Below are positions 13,741 to 27,049 of a stretch of DNA of 64,000 nucleotides, one piece after another. The position numbers and the translations under genes were made by a program. The notes under the pieces were generated by a model that had not been told where the DNA came from, made no database searches, and saw only the letters and a program-made list of their open reading frames with translations. Source of the stretch: Eledone cirrhosa. Lineage: Eukaryota. Numbering within the stretch: position 1 is the first letter of the stretch; the number at the start of each line of letters is the position of its first letter. The stretch is from positions 403,062,001 to 403,126,000 of the forward strand of contig OZ024741.1 in the NCBI GenBank assembly GCA_964016885.1, written 5' to 3'.

Positions 13741-16700
13741 CAGTCTCTCTATATTCTCAGTTACTGGCATACATAACTTCCACTACAGTCTCTCTATATT
13801 CCCAGTTACTGGCAGAGTTAACTTCCACTACAGTCTCTCTATATTCTCAGTTACTGCCAGACATAACTTCCACTACAGTCTCTCTATATTCTCAGTTACT
13901 GGCAGAGTTATCTTCCACTACAGTCTCTCTATATTCTCAGTTACTGGCATACATAACTTCCACTACAGTCTCTCTATATTCTCAGTTACTGCCAGAGTTA
14001 ACTTCCACTACATTCTCTCTATATTCTCAGTTACTGGCAGAGTTATCTTCCACTACAGTCTCTCTATATTTTCAGTTACTGGCAGACATAACTTCCACTA
14101 CAGTCTCTCTATATTCTCAGTTACTGCCAGAGTTAACTTCCACTACATTCTCTCTATATTCTCAGTTACTGTCTGACATCACTTCCACTACAGTCTCTCT
14201 ATATTCTCAGTTACTGTCTGACATCACTTCCACTACAGTCTCTCTATATTCTCAGTTACTGCCAGAGTTAACTTCCACTACAGTCTCTCTATATTCTCAG
14301 TTACTGCCTGACATAACTTCCACTACAGTCTCTCTATATTCTCAGTTACTACCAGACATAACTTCCACTACAGTCTCTCTATAATCTCAGTTACTGCCAG
14401 ACTTAACTTCCACTACAGTCTCTCTATATTCACAGTTACTGGCAGACATAACTTCCACTACAGTCTCTGTATATTCTCAGTTACTGCCAGACATCACTTC
14501 CACTACAGTCTCTCTATATTCTCAGTTACTGCCAGAGTTAACTTCCACAAAAGTGTCTCTATATTCCCAGTTACTGGCAGAGTTAACTTCCACTACAGTC
14601 TCTCTATATTCTCAGTTACTGGCATACATAACTTCCACTACAGTCTCTCTATATTCTCAGTTACTGGCAGAGTTATCTTCCACTACAGTCTCTCTATATT
14701 CTCAGTTACTGGCATACATAACTTCCACTACAGTCTCTCTATATTCTCAGTTACTGGCAGACATAACTTCCACTACAGTCTCTCTATATTCTCAGTTACT
14801 GCCAGAGTTAACTTCCACTACATTCTCTCTATATTCTCAGTTACTGCCTGACATAACTTCCACTACAGTCTCTCTATATTCTCAGTTACTACCAGACATA
14901 ACTTCCACTACAGTCTCTCTATAATCTCAGTTACTGCCAGACTAAACTTCCACTACATTCTCTCTATATTCTCAGTTACTGCCAGACATAACTTCCACTA
15001 CAGTCTCTCTATATTCTCAGTTACTGCCAGAGTTAACTTCCACTACAGTCTCTCTATATTCTCAGTTACTGCCAGAGTTAACTTCCACTACAGTCTCTCT
15101 ATATTCTCAGTTACTGCCAGAGTTAACTTCCACTACAGTCTCTGTATATTCTCAGTTACTGGCAGACATAACTTCCACTACAGTCTCTCTATATTCCCAG
15201 TTACTGCCAGACAACTTCCACTACAGTCTCTCTATATTCTCAGCTACTGCCAGAGTTAACTTCCACTACAGTCTCTCTATATTCTCAGTTACTGCCAGAG
15301 TTAACTTCCACTACAGTCTCTCTATATTCACAGTTACTGGCAGACATAACTTCCACTACTGTCTCTGTATATTCTCAGTTACTGCCAGACATCACTTCCA
15401 CTACAGTCTCTCTATATTCTCAGTTACTGCCAGAGTTAACTTCCACAAAAGTGTCTCTATATTCTCAGTTACTGCCAGACATCACTTCCACTACAGCCTC
15501 TCTATATTCTCAGTTACTGCCAGAGTTAACTTCCACTACAGTGTCTCTATATTCCCAGTTACTGCCAGACATAACTTCCACTACAGTCTCTCTGTATTCT
15601 CAGTTACTGCCAGACATCACTTCCACTACAGTCTCTCTATATTCTCAGTTACTGCCAGAGTTAACTTCCACTACAGTCTCTCTATATTCTCAGTTACTGG
15701 CAGACATAACTTCCACTACAGTCTCTCTATATTCTCAGTTACTGCCAGACATAACTACCACTACAGTCTCTCTATATTCCCAGTTACTGCCAGACATAAA
15801 TTCCACTACAGTCTCTCTATATTCTCAGCTACTGCCAGAGTTAACTTCCACTACAGTCTCTCTATATTCCCAGTTACTGGCAGACATAACTTCCACTACA
15901 GTCTCTCTATATTCTCAGTTACTGCCAGAGTTAACTTCCACTACAGTCTCTCTATATTCCCAGTTACTGCCAGACATCACTTCCACTACAGTCTCTCTAT
16001 ATTCTCAGTTACTGTCAGACATCACTTCCACTACAGTCTCTCTATATTCTCAGTTACTGGAAGACATCACTTCCACTACAGTCTCTCTATATTCTCAGTT
16101 ACTACCAGACATCACTTCCACTACAGTCTCTCTATATTCTCTCAGTTACTGACAGACATCACTTCCACTACAGTCTCTCTATATTCTCAGTTACTGCCAG
16201 ACATAACTTCCACTACAGTCTCTCTATATTCTCAGTAACTGCCAGAGTTAACTTCCACTACAGTGTCTCTATATTCTCAGTTACTGCCAGACATAACTTC
16301 CACTACAGTCTCTCTATATTCTCAGTTACTGGCAGACATCACTTCCACTACAGTCTCTCTATATTCTCAGTTACTGCCAGACATCACTTCCACTACAGTC
16401 TCTCTATATTCCCAGTTACTGGCAGAGTTAACTTCCACTACAGTCTCTCTATATTCTCAGTTACTGCCAGACATAACTTCCACTACAGTCTCTCTATATT
16501 CTCAGTTACTGCCAGACATCACTTCCACTACATTCTCTCTATATTCTCAGTTACAGCCAGACATAACTTCCACTACAGTCTCTCTATATTCTCAGTTACT
16601 GCCAGACATAACTTCCTCTACATTCTCTCTATATTCTCAGTTACTGCCAGAGTTAACTTCCACTACAGTGTCTCTATATTCCCAGTTACTGGCAGAGTTA

Positions 16701-19700
16701 ACTTCCACTACAGTCTCTCTATATTCCCAGTTACTGGCAGAGTTAACTTCCACTACAGTCTCTCTATATTCTCAGCTACTGCCAGAGTTAACTTCCACTA
16801 CAGTCTCTCTATATTCCCAGTTACTGCCAGACATAACTTCCACTACAGTCTCTCTATATTCTCAGTTACTGGCAGACATAACTTCCACTACAGTCTCTCT
16901 ATATTCCCACTTACTGCCAGACATAACTTCCACTACAGTCTCTCTATATTCCCAGTTACTGCCAGAGTTAACTTCCACTACGGTCTCTCTATATTCTCAG
17001 TTACTGCCGGACATAACTTCCACTACAGTCTCTCTATATTCTCAGTTACTGCCAGACATCACTTCCACTACATTCTCTCTATATTCCCAGTTACTGCCAG
17101 ACATAAGTTCCACTACAGTCTCTCTATTTTCCCAGTTACTGCCAGAGTTAACTTCCACTACAGTCTCTCTATATTCTCAGTTACTGCCAGCGTTAACTTC
17201 CACTACAGTCTCTCTATATTCTCAGTTACTGCCAGACATAACTTCCACTACAGTCTCTCTATATTCTCAGTTACTGGCAGACATAACTTCCACTACAGTC
17301 TCTCTATATTCTCAGTTACTGCCAGACATAACTTCCACTACAGTCTCTCTATATTCTCAGTTACTGGCAGACATAACTTCCACTACAATCTCTCTATATT
17401 CTCAGTTACTGCCAGACATAACTTCCACTACAGTCTCTCTATATTCTCAGTTACTGCCAGACATAACTTCCACTACAGTCTCTCTATATTCTCAGTTACT
17501 GCCAGACATAACTTCCACTACAGTCTCTCTATATTCCCAGTTACTGCCAGAGTTAACTTCCACTACAGTCTCTCTATATTCTCAGTTACTGCCAGACATA
17601 ACTTCCACTCCAGTTTCTCTATATTCTCAGTTACTGCCAGACATCACTTCCACTACATTCTCTCTATATTCCCAGTTACTGCCAGACATAAGTTCCACTA
17701 CAGTCTCTCTATATTCCCAGTTACTCCCAGAGTTAACTTCCACTACAGTCTCTCTATATTCTCAGTTACTGCCAGAGTTAACTTCCACTACAGTCTCTCT
17801 ATATTCTCAGTTACTGCCAGACATAACTTCCACTACAGTCTCTCTATATTCTCAGTTACTGGCAGACATAACTTCCACTACAGTCTCTCTATATTCTCAG
17901 TTACTGCCAGAGTTAACTTCCACTACAGTCTCTCTATATTCTCAGCTACTGCCAGAGTTAACTTCCACTACAGTCTCTCTATATTCCCAGTTACTGGCAG
18001 ACATAACTTCCACTACAGTCTCTCTATATTCTCAGTTACTGCCAGACATAACTTCCACTACAGTCTCTCTATATTCTCAGTTACTGCCAGACATAACTTC
18101 CACTACAGTCTCTCTATATTCCCAGTTACTGCCAGAGTTAACTTCCACTACAGTCTCTCTATATTCTCAGTTACTGGCAGACATAACTTCCACTACAGTC
18201 TCTCTATATTCTCAGTTACTGCCAGAGTTAACTTCCACTACAGTCTCTCTATATTCCCAGTTACTGCCAGACATCACTTCCACTTCAGTCTCTCTATATT
18301 CTCAGTTACTGGCAGACATCTCTTCCACTACAGTCTCTCTATATTCTCAGTTACTGGCAGACATCACTTCCACTACAGTCTCTCTATATTCTCAGTTACT
18401 ACCAGACATCACTTCCACTACAGTCTCTCTATATTCTCTCAGTTACTGACAGACATCACTTCCACTACAGTCTCTCTATATTCTCAGTTACTGCCAGACA
18501 TAACTTCCACTACAGTCTCTCTATATTCTCAGTAACTGCCAGAGTTAACTTCCACTACAGTGTCTCTATATTCTCAGTTACTGCCAGACATAACTTCCAA
18601 TACAGTCTCTCTATATTCTCAGTTACTGCCAGACATCACTTCCACTACAGTCTCTCTATATTCTCAGTTACTGCCAGACATCACTTCCAATACAGTCTCT
18701 CTATATTCCCAGTTACTGGCAGAGTTAACTTCCACTACAGTCTCTCTATATTCTCAGTTACTGCCAGACATAACTTCCACTACAGTCTCTCTATATTCTC
18801 AGTTACTGGCAGACATAACTCCCACTACAGTCTCTCTATATTCTCAGTTACTGCCAGACATAACTTCCACTACAGTCTCTCTATATTCTCAGTTACTGGC
18901 AGACATAACTCCCACTACAGTCTCTCTATATTCTCAGTTACTGCCAGACATCACTTCGACTACATTCTCTCTATATTCTCAGTTACTGCCAGACATAACT
19001 TCCACTACAGTCTCTCTATATTCTCAGTTACTGCCAGACATCACTTCCACTACATTCTCTCTATATTCTCAGTTACTGCCAGACATCACTTCCACTACAG
19101 TCTCTCTCTATTCTCAGTTACTGCCTGACATCACTTCCACTACAGTCTCTCTATATTCCCAGCTACTGCCAGAGTTAACTTCCCCTACAGTCTCTCTATA
19201 TTCCCAGTTACTGGCAGAGTTAACTTCCACTACAGTCTCTCTATATTCCCAGTTACTGGCAGAGTTAACTTCCACTACAGTCTCTCTATATTCTCAGCTA
19301 CTGCCAGAGTTAACTTCCACTACAGTCTCTCTATATTCTCAGTTACTGCCAGAGTTAACTTCCACTACAGTCTTTCGATATTCCCAGTTACTGCCAGACA
19401 TAACTTCCACTACAGTCTCTCTATATTCTCAGTTACTGCCAGACATAACTTCCACTACAGTCTCTCTATATTCCCAGTTACTGCCAGAGTTAACTTCCAC
19501 TACAGTCTCTCTATATTCTCAGTTACTGCCAGACATAACTTCCACTACAGTCTCTCTATATTCTCAGTTACTGCCAGACATCACTTCCACTACATTCTCT
19601 CTATATTCCCAGTTACTGCCAGACATAAGTTCCACTACAGTCTCTCTATTTTCCCAGTTACTGCCAGAGTTAACTTCCACTACTGTCTCTCTATATTCTC

Positions 19701-21269
19701 AGTTACTGCCAGAGTTAACTTCCACTACAGTCTCTCTATATTCTCAGTTACTGCCAGACATAACTTCCACTACAGTCTCTCTATATTCTCAGTTACTGGC
19801 AGACATAACTCCCACTACAGTCTCTCTATATTCTCAGTTACTGCCAGACATAACTTCCACTACAGTCTCTCTACATTTTCAGTTACTGGCAGACATAACT
19901 TCCACTACAATCTCTCTATATTCTCAGTTACTGCCAGACATAACTTCCACTACAGTCTCTCTATATTCTCAGTTACTGCCAGACATAACTTCCACTACAG
20001 TCTCTCTATATTCTCAGTTACTGCCAGAGATAACTTCCACTACAGTCTCTCTATATTCCCAGTTACTGCCAGAGTTAACTTCCACTACAGTCTCTCTATA
20101 TTCTCAGTTACTGCCAGACATAACTTCCACTACAGTCTCTCTATATTCTCAGTTACTGCCAGACATCACTTCCACTACATTCTCTCTATATTCCCAGTTA
20201 CTGCCAGACATAAGTTCCACTACAGTCTCTCTATATTCCCAGTTACTGCCAGAGTTAACTTCCACTACAGTCTCTGTATATTCTCAGTTACTGCCAGAGT
20301 TAACTTCCACTACAGTCTCTCTATATTCTCAGTTACTGCCAGACATAACTTCCACTACAGTCTCTCTATATTCTCAGTTACTGGCAGACATAACTTCCAC
20401 TACAGTCTCTCTATATTCTCAGTTACTGCCAGAGTTAACTTCCACTACAGTCTCTCTATATTCTCAGCTACTGCCAGAGTTAACTTCCACTACAGTCTCT
20501 CTATATTCTCAGTTACTGCCAGACATAACTTCCACTACAGTCTCTCTATATTCTCAGTTACTGGCAGATATAACTTCCACTACAGTCTCTCTATATTCTC
20601 AGTTACTGCCAGACATAACTTCCACTACAATCTCTCTATATTCCCAGTTACTGCCAGACATAACTTCCACTACAGTCTCTCTATATTCTCAGTTACTGGC
20701 ATACATAACTTCCACTACAGTCTCTCTATATTCTCAGTTACAGGCAGACATCACTTCCACTATAGTCTCTCTAGATTCTCAGTTACTGGCAGATATAACT
20801 TCCACTACAATCTCTCTATATTCTCAGTTACTGGCAGATATAACTTCCACTACAGTCTCTCTATATTCTCAGTTACTGCCAGACATAACTTCCACTACAG
20901 TCTCTCTATATTCTCAGTTACTGCCAGACATAACTTCCACTACAGTCTCTCTATATTCTCAGTTACTGGCATACATAACTTCCACTACAGTCTCTCTATA
21001 TTCTCAGTTACAGGCAGACATCACTTCCACTATAGTCTCTCTATATTCTCAGTTACTACCAGAGTTAACTTCCACTACAGTCTCTCTATATTCTCAGTTA
21101 CTACCAGACATAACTTCCACTACAGTCTCTCTATAATCTCAGGTACTGCCAGACTTAACTTCCACTACATTCTCTCTATATTCTCAGTTACTGCCAGACA
21201 TAACTTCCACTACAGTCTCTCTATATTCTCAGTTACTGCCAGAGTTAACTTCCACTACAGTCTCTCTAT

Positions 21270-24200
21270 ATTCCCAGTTACTGTCAGACACAACTTCCAC
21301 TACAGTCTCTCTATATTCTCAGTTACTGCCAGACATCACTTCCACTACAGTCTCTCTATATTCCCAGCTACTGCCAGAGTTAACTTCCACTACAGTCTCT
21401 CTATATTCCCAGTTACTGGCAGAGTTAACTTCCACTACAGTCTCTCTATATTCCCAGTTACTGGCAGAGTTAACTTCCACTACAGTCTCTCTATATTCTC
21501 AGCTACTGCCAGAGTTAACTTCCACCACATTCTCTCTATATTCTCAGCTACTGCCAGAGTTAACTTCCACTACAGTCTCTCTATATTCTCAGTTACTGGC
21601 AGACATAACTTCCACTACAGTCTCTCTATATTCTCAGTTACTGCCAGACATAACTACCACTACAGTCTCTCTATATTCCCAGTTACTGTCAGACATAAAT
21701 TCCACTACAGTCTCTGTATATTCTCAGCTACTGCCAGAGTTAACTTCCACTAAAGTCTCTCTATATTCCCAGTTACTGGCAGACATAACTTCCACTACAG
21801 TCTCTCTATATTCTCAGTTACTGCCAGAGTTAACTTCCACTACAGTCTCTCTATATTCTCAGTTACTACCAGACATCACTTCCACTACAGTCTCTCTATA
21901 TTCTCTCAGTTACTGACAGACATCACTTCCACTACAGTCTCTCTATATTCTCAGTTACTACCAGACATCACTTCCACTACAGTCTCTCTATATTCTCTCA
22001 GTTACTGACAGACATCACTTCCACTACAGTCTCTCTATATTCTCAGTTACTGCCAGACATAACTTCCATTACAGTCTCTATATATTCTCAGTAACTGCCA
22101 GAGTTAACTTCCACTACAGTGTCTCTATATTCTCAGTTACTGCCAGACATAACTTCCACTACAGTCTCTCTATATTCTCAGTTACTGGCAGACATCACTT
22201 CCACTACAGTCTCTCTATATTCTCAGTTACTGCCAGACATCACTTCCACTACAGTCTCTCTATATTCCCAGTTACTGGCAGAGTTAACTTCCACTACAGT
22301 CTCTCTATATTCTCAGTTACTGCCAGACATAACTTCCACTACAGTCTCTCTATATTCTCAGTTACTGCCAGACATCCCTTCCACTACATTCTCTCTATAT
22401 TCCCAGTTACTGCCAGACATAAGTTCCACTACAGTCTCTCTATATTCCCAGTTTCTGCCAGAGTTAACTTCCACTACAGTCTCTCTATATTCTCAGTTAC
22501 TGCCAGAGTTAACTTCCACTACAGTCTCTCTATATTCTCAGTTACTGCCAGACATAACTTCCACTACAGTCTCTCTATATTCTCAGTTACTGGCAGACAT
22601 AACTTCCACTACAGTCTCTCTATATTCTCAGTTACTGCCAGACATAACTTCCACTACAGTCTCTCTATATTCTCAGTTACTGGCAGACATAACTTCCACT
22701 ACAATCTCTCTATATTCTCAGTTACTGCCAGACATAACTTCCACTACAGTCTCTCTATATTCTCAGTTACAGCCAGACATAACTTCCACTACAGTCTCTC
22801 TATATTCTCAGTTACTGCCAGAGTTAACTTCCACTAAAGTCTCTCTAAATTCTCAGCTACTGCCAGAGTTAACTTCCACTACAGTCTCTCTATATTCCCA
22901 GTTACTGGCAGACATAACTTCCACTACAGTCTCTCTATATTCTCAGTTACTGCCAGACATAACTTCTACTACAGTCTCTCTATATTCCCAGTTACTGTCA
23001 GACACAACTTCCACTACAGTCTCTCTATATTCTCAGTTACTGCCAGACATCACTTCCACTACAGTCTCTCTATATTCCCAGCTACTGCCAGAGTTAACTT
23101 CCACTACAGTCTCTCTATATTCCCAGTTACTGGCAGAGTTAACTTCCACTACAGTCTCTCTATATTCCCAGTTACTGGCAGAGTTAACTTCCACTACAGT
23201 CTCTCTATATTCTCAGCTACTGCCAGAGTTAACTTCCACCACATTCTCTCTATATTCTCAGCTACTGCCAGAGTTAACTTCCACTACAGTCTCTCTATAT
23301 TCTCAGTTACTGGCAGACATAACTTCCACTACAGTCTCTCTATATTCTCAGTTACTGCCAGACATAACTACCACTACAGTCTCTCTATATTCCCAGTTAC
23401 TGTCAGACATAAATTCCACTACAGTCTCTGTATATTCTCAGCTACTGCCAGAGTTAACTTCCACTAAAGTCTCTCTATATTCCCAGTTACTGGCAGACAT
23501 AACTTCCACTACAGTCTCTCTATATTCTCAGTTACAGCCAGAGTTAACTTCCACTACAGTCTCTCTATATTCTCAGTTACTACCAGACATCACTTCCACT
23601 ACAGTCTCTCTATATTCTCTCAGTTACTGACAGACATCACTTCCACTACAGTCTCTCTATATTCTCAGTTACTACCAGACATCACTTCCACTACAGTCTC
23701 TCTATATTCTCTCAGTTACTGACAGACATCACTTCCACTACAGTCTCTCTATATTCTCAGTTACTGCCAGACATAACTTCCATTACAGTCTCTATATATT
23801 CTCAGTAACTGCCAGAGTTAACTTCCACTACAGTGTCTCTATATTCTCAGTTACTGCCAGACATAACTTCCACTACAGTCTCTCTATATTCTCAGTTACT
23901 GGCAGACATCACTTCCACTACAGTCTCTCTATATTCTCAGTTACTGCCAGACATCACTTCCACTACAGTCTCTCTATATTCCCAGTTACTGGCAGAGTTA
24001 ACTTCCACTACAGTCTCTCTATATTCTCAGTTACTGCCAGACATAACTTCCACTACAGTCTCTCTATATTCTCAGTTACTGCCAGACATCCCTTCCACTA
24101 CATTCTCTCTATATTCCCAGTTACTGCCAGACATAAGTTCCACTACAGTCTCTCTATATTCCCAGTTACTGCCAGAGTTAACTTCCACTACAGTCTCTCT

Positions 24201-24690
24201 ATATTCTCAGTTACTGCCAGAGTTAACTTCCACTACAGTCTCTCTATATTCTCAGTTACTGCCAGACATAACTTCCACTACAGTCTCTCTATATTCTCAG
24301 TTACTGGCAGACATAACTTCCACTACAGTCTCTCTATATTCTCAGTTACTGCCAGACATAACTTCCACTACAGTCTCTCTATATTCTCAGTTACTGGCAG
24401 ACATAACTTCCACTACAATCTCTCTATATTCTCAGTTACTGCCAGACATAACTTCCACTACAGTCTCTCTATATTCTCAGTTACAGCCAGACATAACTTC
24501 CACTACAGTCTCTCTATATTCTCAGTTACTGCCAGAGTTAACTTCCACTAAAGTCTCTCTAAATTCTCAGCTACTGCCAGAGTTAACTTCCACTACAGTC
24601 TCTCTATATTCCCAGTTACTGGCAGACATAACTTCCACTACAGTCTCTCTATATTCTCAGTTACTGCCAGACATAACTTCCACTACAGTC
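21270..24690. repeat. Tandem duplication with a 1,714-bp period (38 monomers + 4)
   Basis: CTGTCAGACACAAC at 21281/22995; paired 47-bp monomers at ~21904+21996 and ~23618+23710; GACATCCC at ~22371/24085; CTCTAAAT at ~22843/24557; ORF starts 22119/23833. Confidence 0.9.
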
Positions 24691-25714
24691 TCTCTATATT
24701 CTCAGTTACAGCCAGACATAACTTCCACTACAGTCTCTCTATATTCTCAGTTACTGGCAGACATAACTTCCACTACAGTCTCTCTATATTCTCAGTTACT
24801 GCCAGAGTTAACTTCCACTACAGTCTCTCTATATTCTCAGCTACTGCCAGAGTTAACTTCCACTACAGTCTCTCTATATTCCCAGTTACTGGCAGACATA
24901 ACTTCCACTACAGTCTCTCTATATTCTCAGTTACTGGCAGACATAACTCCCACTACAGTCTCTCTATATTCTCAGTTACTGCCAGACATAACTTCCACTA
25001 CAGTCTCTCTATATTCTCAGTTACTGGCAGACATAACTCCCACTACAGTCTCTCTATATTCTCAGTTACTGCCAGACATCACTTCGACTACATTCTCTCT
25101 ATATTCTCAGTTACTGCCAGACATAACTTCCACTACAGTCTCTCTATATTCTCAGTTACTGCCAGACATCACTTCCACTACATTCTCTCTATATTCTCAG
25201 TTACTGCCAGACATCACTTCCACTACAGTCTCTCTCTATTCTCAGTTACTGCCTGACATCACTTCCACTACAGTCTCTCTATATTCCCAGCTACTGCCAG
25301 AGTTAACTTCCACTACAGTCTCTCTATATTCCCAGTTACTGGCAGAGTTAACTTCCACTACAGTCTCTCTATATTCTCAGCTACTGCCAGAGTTAACTTC
25401 CACTACAGTCTCTCTATATTCTCAGTTACTGCCAGAGTTAACTTCCACTACAGTCTTTCTATATTCCCAGTTACTGCCAGACATAACTTCCACTACAGTC
25501 TCTCTATATTCTCAGTTACTGCCAGACATAACTTCCACTACAGTCTCTCTATATTCCCAGTTACTGCCAGAGTTAACTTCCACTACAGTCTCTCTATATT
25601 CTCAGTTACTGGCAGACATAACTTCCACTACAGTCTCTCTATATTCCCACTTACTGCCAGACATAACTTCCACTACAGTCTCTCTATATTCCCAGTTACT
25701 GCCAGAGTTAACTT

Positions 25715-26815
25715 CCACTACAGTCTCTCTATATTCTCAGTTACTGCCAGAGTTAACTTCCACTACAGTCTCTCTATATTCTCAGTTACTGCCAGACATA
25801 ACTTCCACTACAGTCTCTCTATATTCTCAGTTAATGGCAGACATAACTTCCACTACAGTCTCTCTATATTCTCAGTTACTGCCAGACATAACTTCCACTA
25901 CAGTCTCTCTATATTTTCGGTTACTGGCAGACATAACTTCCACTACAATCTCTCTATATTCTCAGTTACTGCCAGACATAACTTCCACTACAGTCTCTCT
26001 ATATTCTCAGTTACTGCCAGACATAACTTCCACTACAATCTCTCTATATTCTCAGTTACTGCCAGACATAACTTCCACTACAGTCTCTCTATATTCTCAG
26101 TTACTGCCAGACATAACTTCCACTACAGTCTCTCTATATTCACAGTTACTGGCAGAGTTAACTTCCACTACAGTCTCTCTATATTCTCAGTTACTGGCAT
26201 ACATCACTTCTACTACAGTCTCTCTATATTCTCAGTTACTGGCAGAGTTAACTTCCACTACAGTCTCTCTATATTCTCAGTTACTGCCAGAGTTAACTTC
26301 CACTACAGTCTCTCTATATTCTCAGTTACTGCCAGACATAACTTCCACTACAGTCTCTCTATATTCTCAGTTAATGGCAGACATAACTTCCACTACAGTC
26401 TCTCTATATTCTCAGTTACTGCCAGACATAACTTCCACTACAGTCTCTCTATATTTTCGGTTACTGGCAGACATAACTTCCACTACAATCTCTCTATATT
26501 CTCAGTTACTGCCAGACATAACTTCCACTACAGTCTCTCTATATTCTCAGTTACTGCCAGACATAACTTCCACTACAATCTCTCTATATTCTCAGTTACT
26601 GCCAGACATAACTTCCACTACAGTCTCTCTATATTCTCAGTTACTGCCAGACATAACTTCCACTACAGTCTCTCTATATTCACAGTTACTGGCAGAGTTA
26701 ACTTCCACTACAGTCTCTCTATATTCTCAGTTACTGGCATACATCACTTCTACTACAGTCTCTCTATATTCTCAGTTACTGGCAGAGTTAACTTCCACTA
26801 CAGTCTCTCTATATT
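25715..26815. repeat. Tandem duplication with a 540-bp (12-monomer) period
   Basis: TTAATGGCAG at 25831/26371, ATATTTTCGG at 25911/26451, GGCATACATCACTTCTAC at ~26196/26736. Confidence 0.9.
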
Positions 26816-27049
26816 CCCAGTTACTGGCAGAGTTAACTTCCACTACAGTCTCTCTATATTCTCAGTTACTGGCATACATAACTTCCACTGCAGTCTCTCT
26901 ATATTCTCAGTTACTGGCAGACATCACTTCCACTATAGTCTCTCTATATTCTCAGTTACTGCCAGAGTTAACTTCCACTACAGTCTCTCTATATTCTCAG
27001 TTACTGCCTGACATCACTTCCACTACAGTCTCTCTATATTCTCAGTTAC

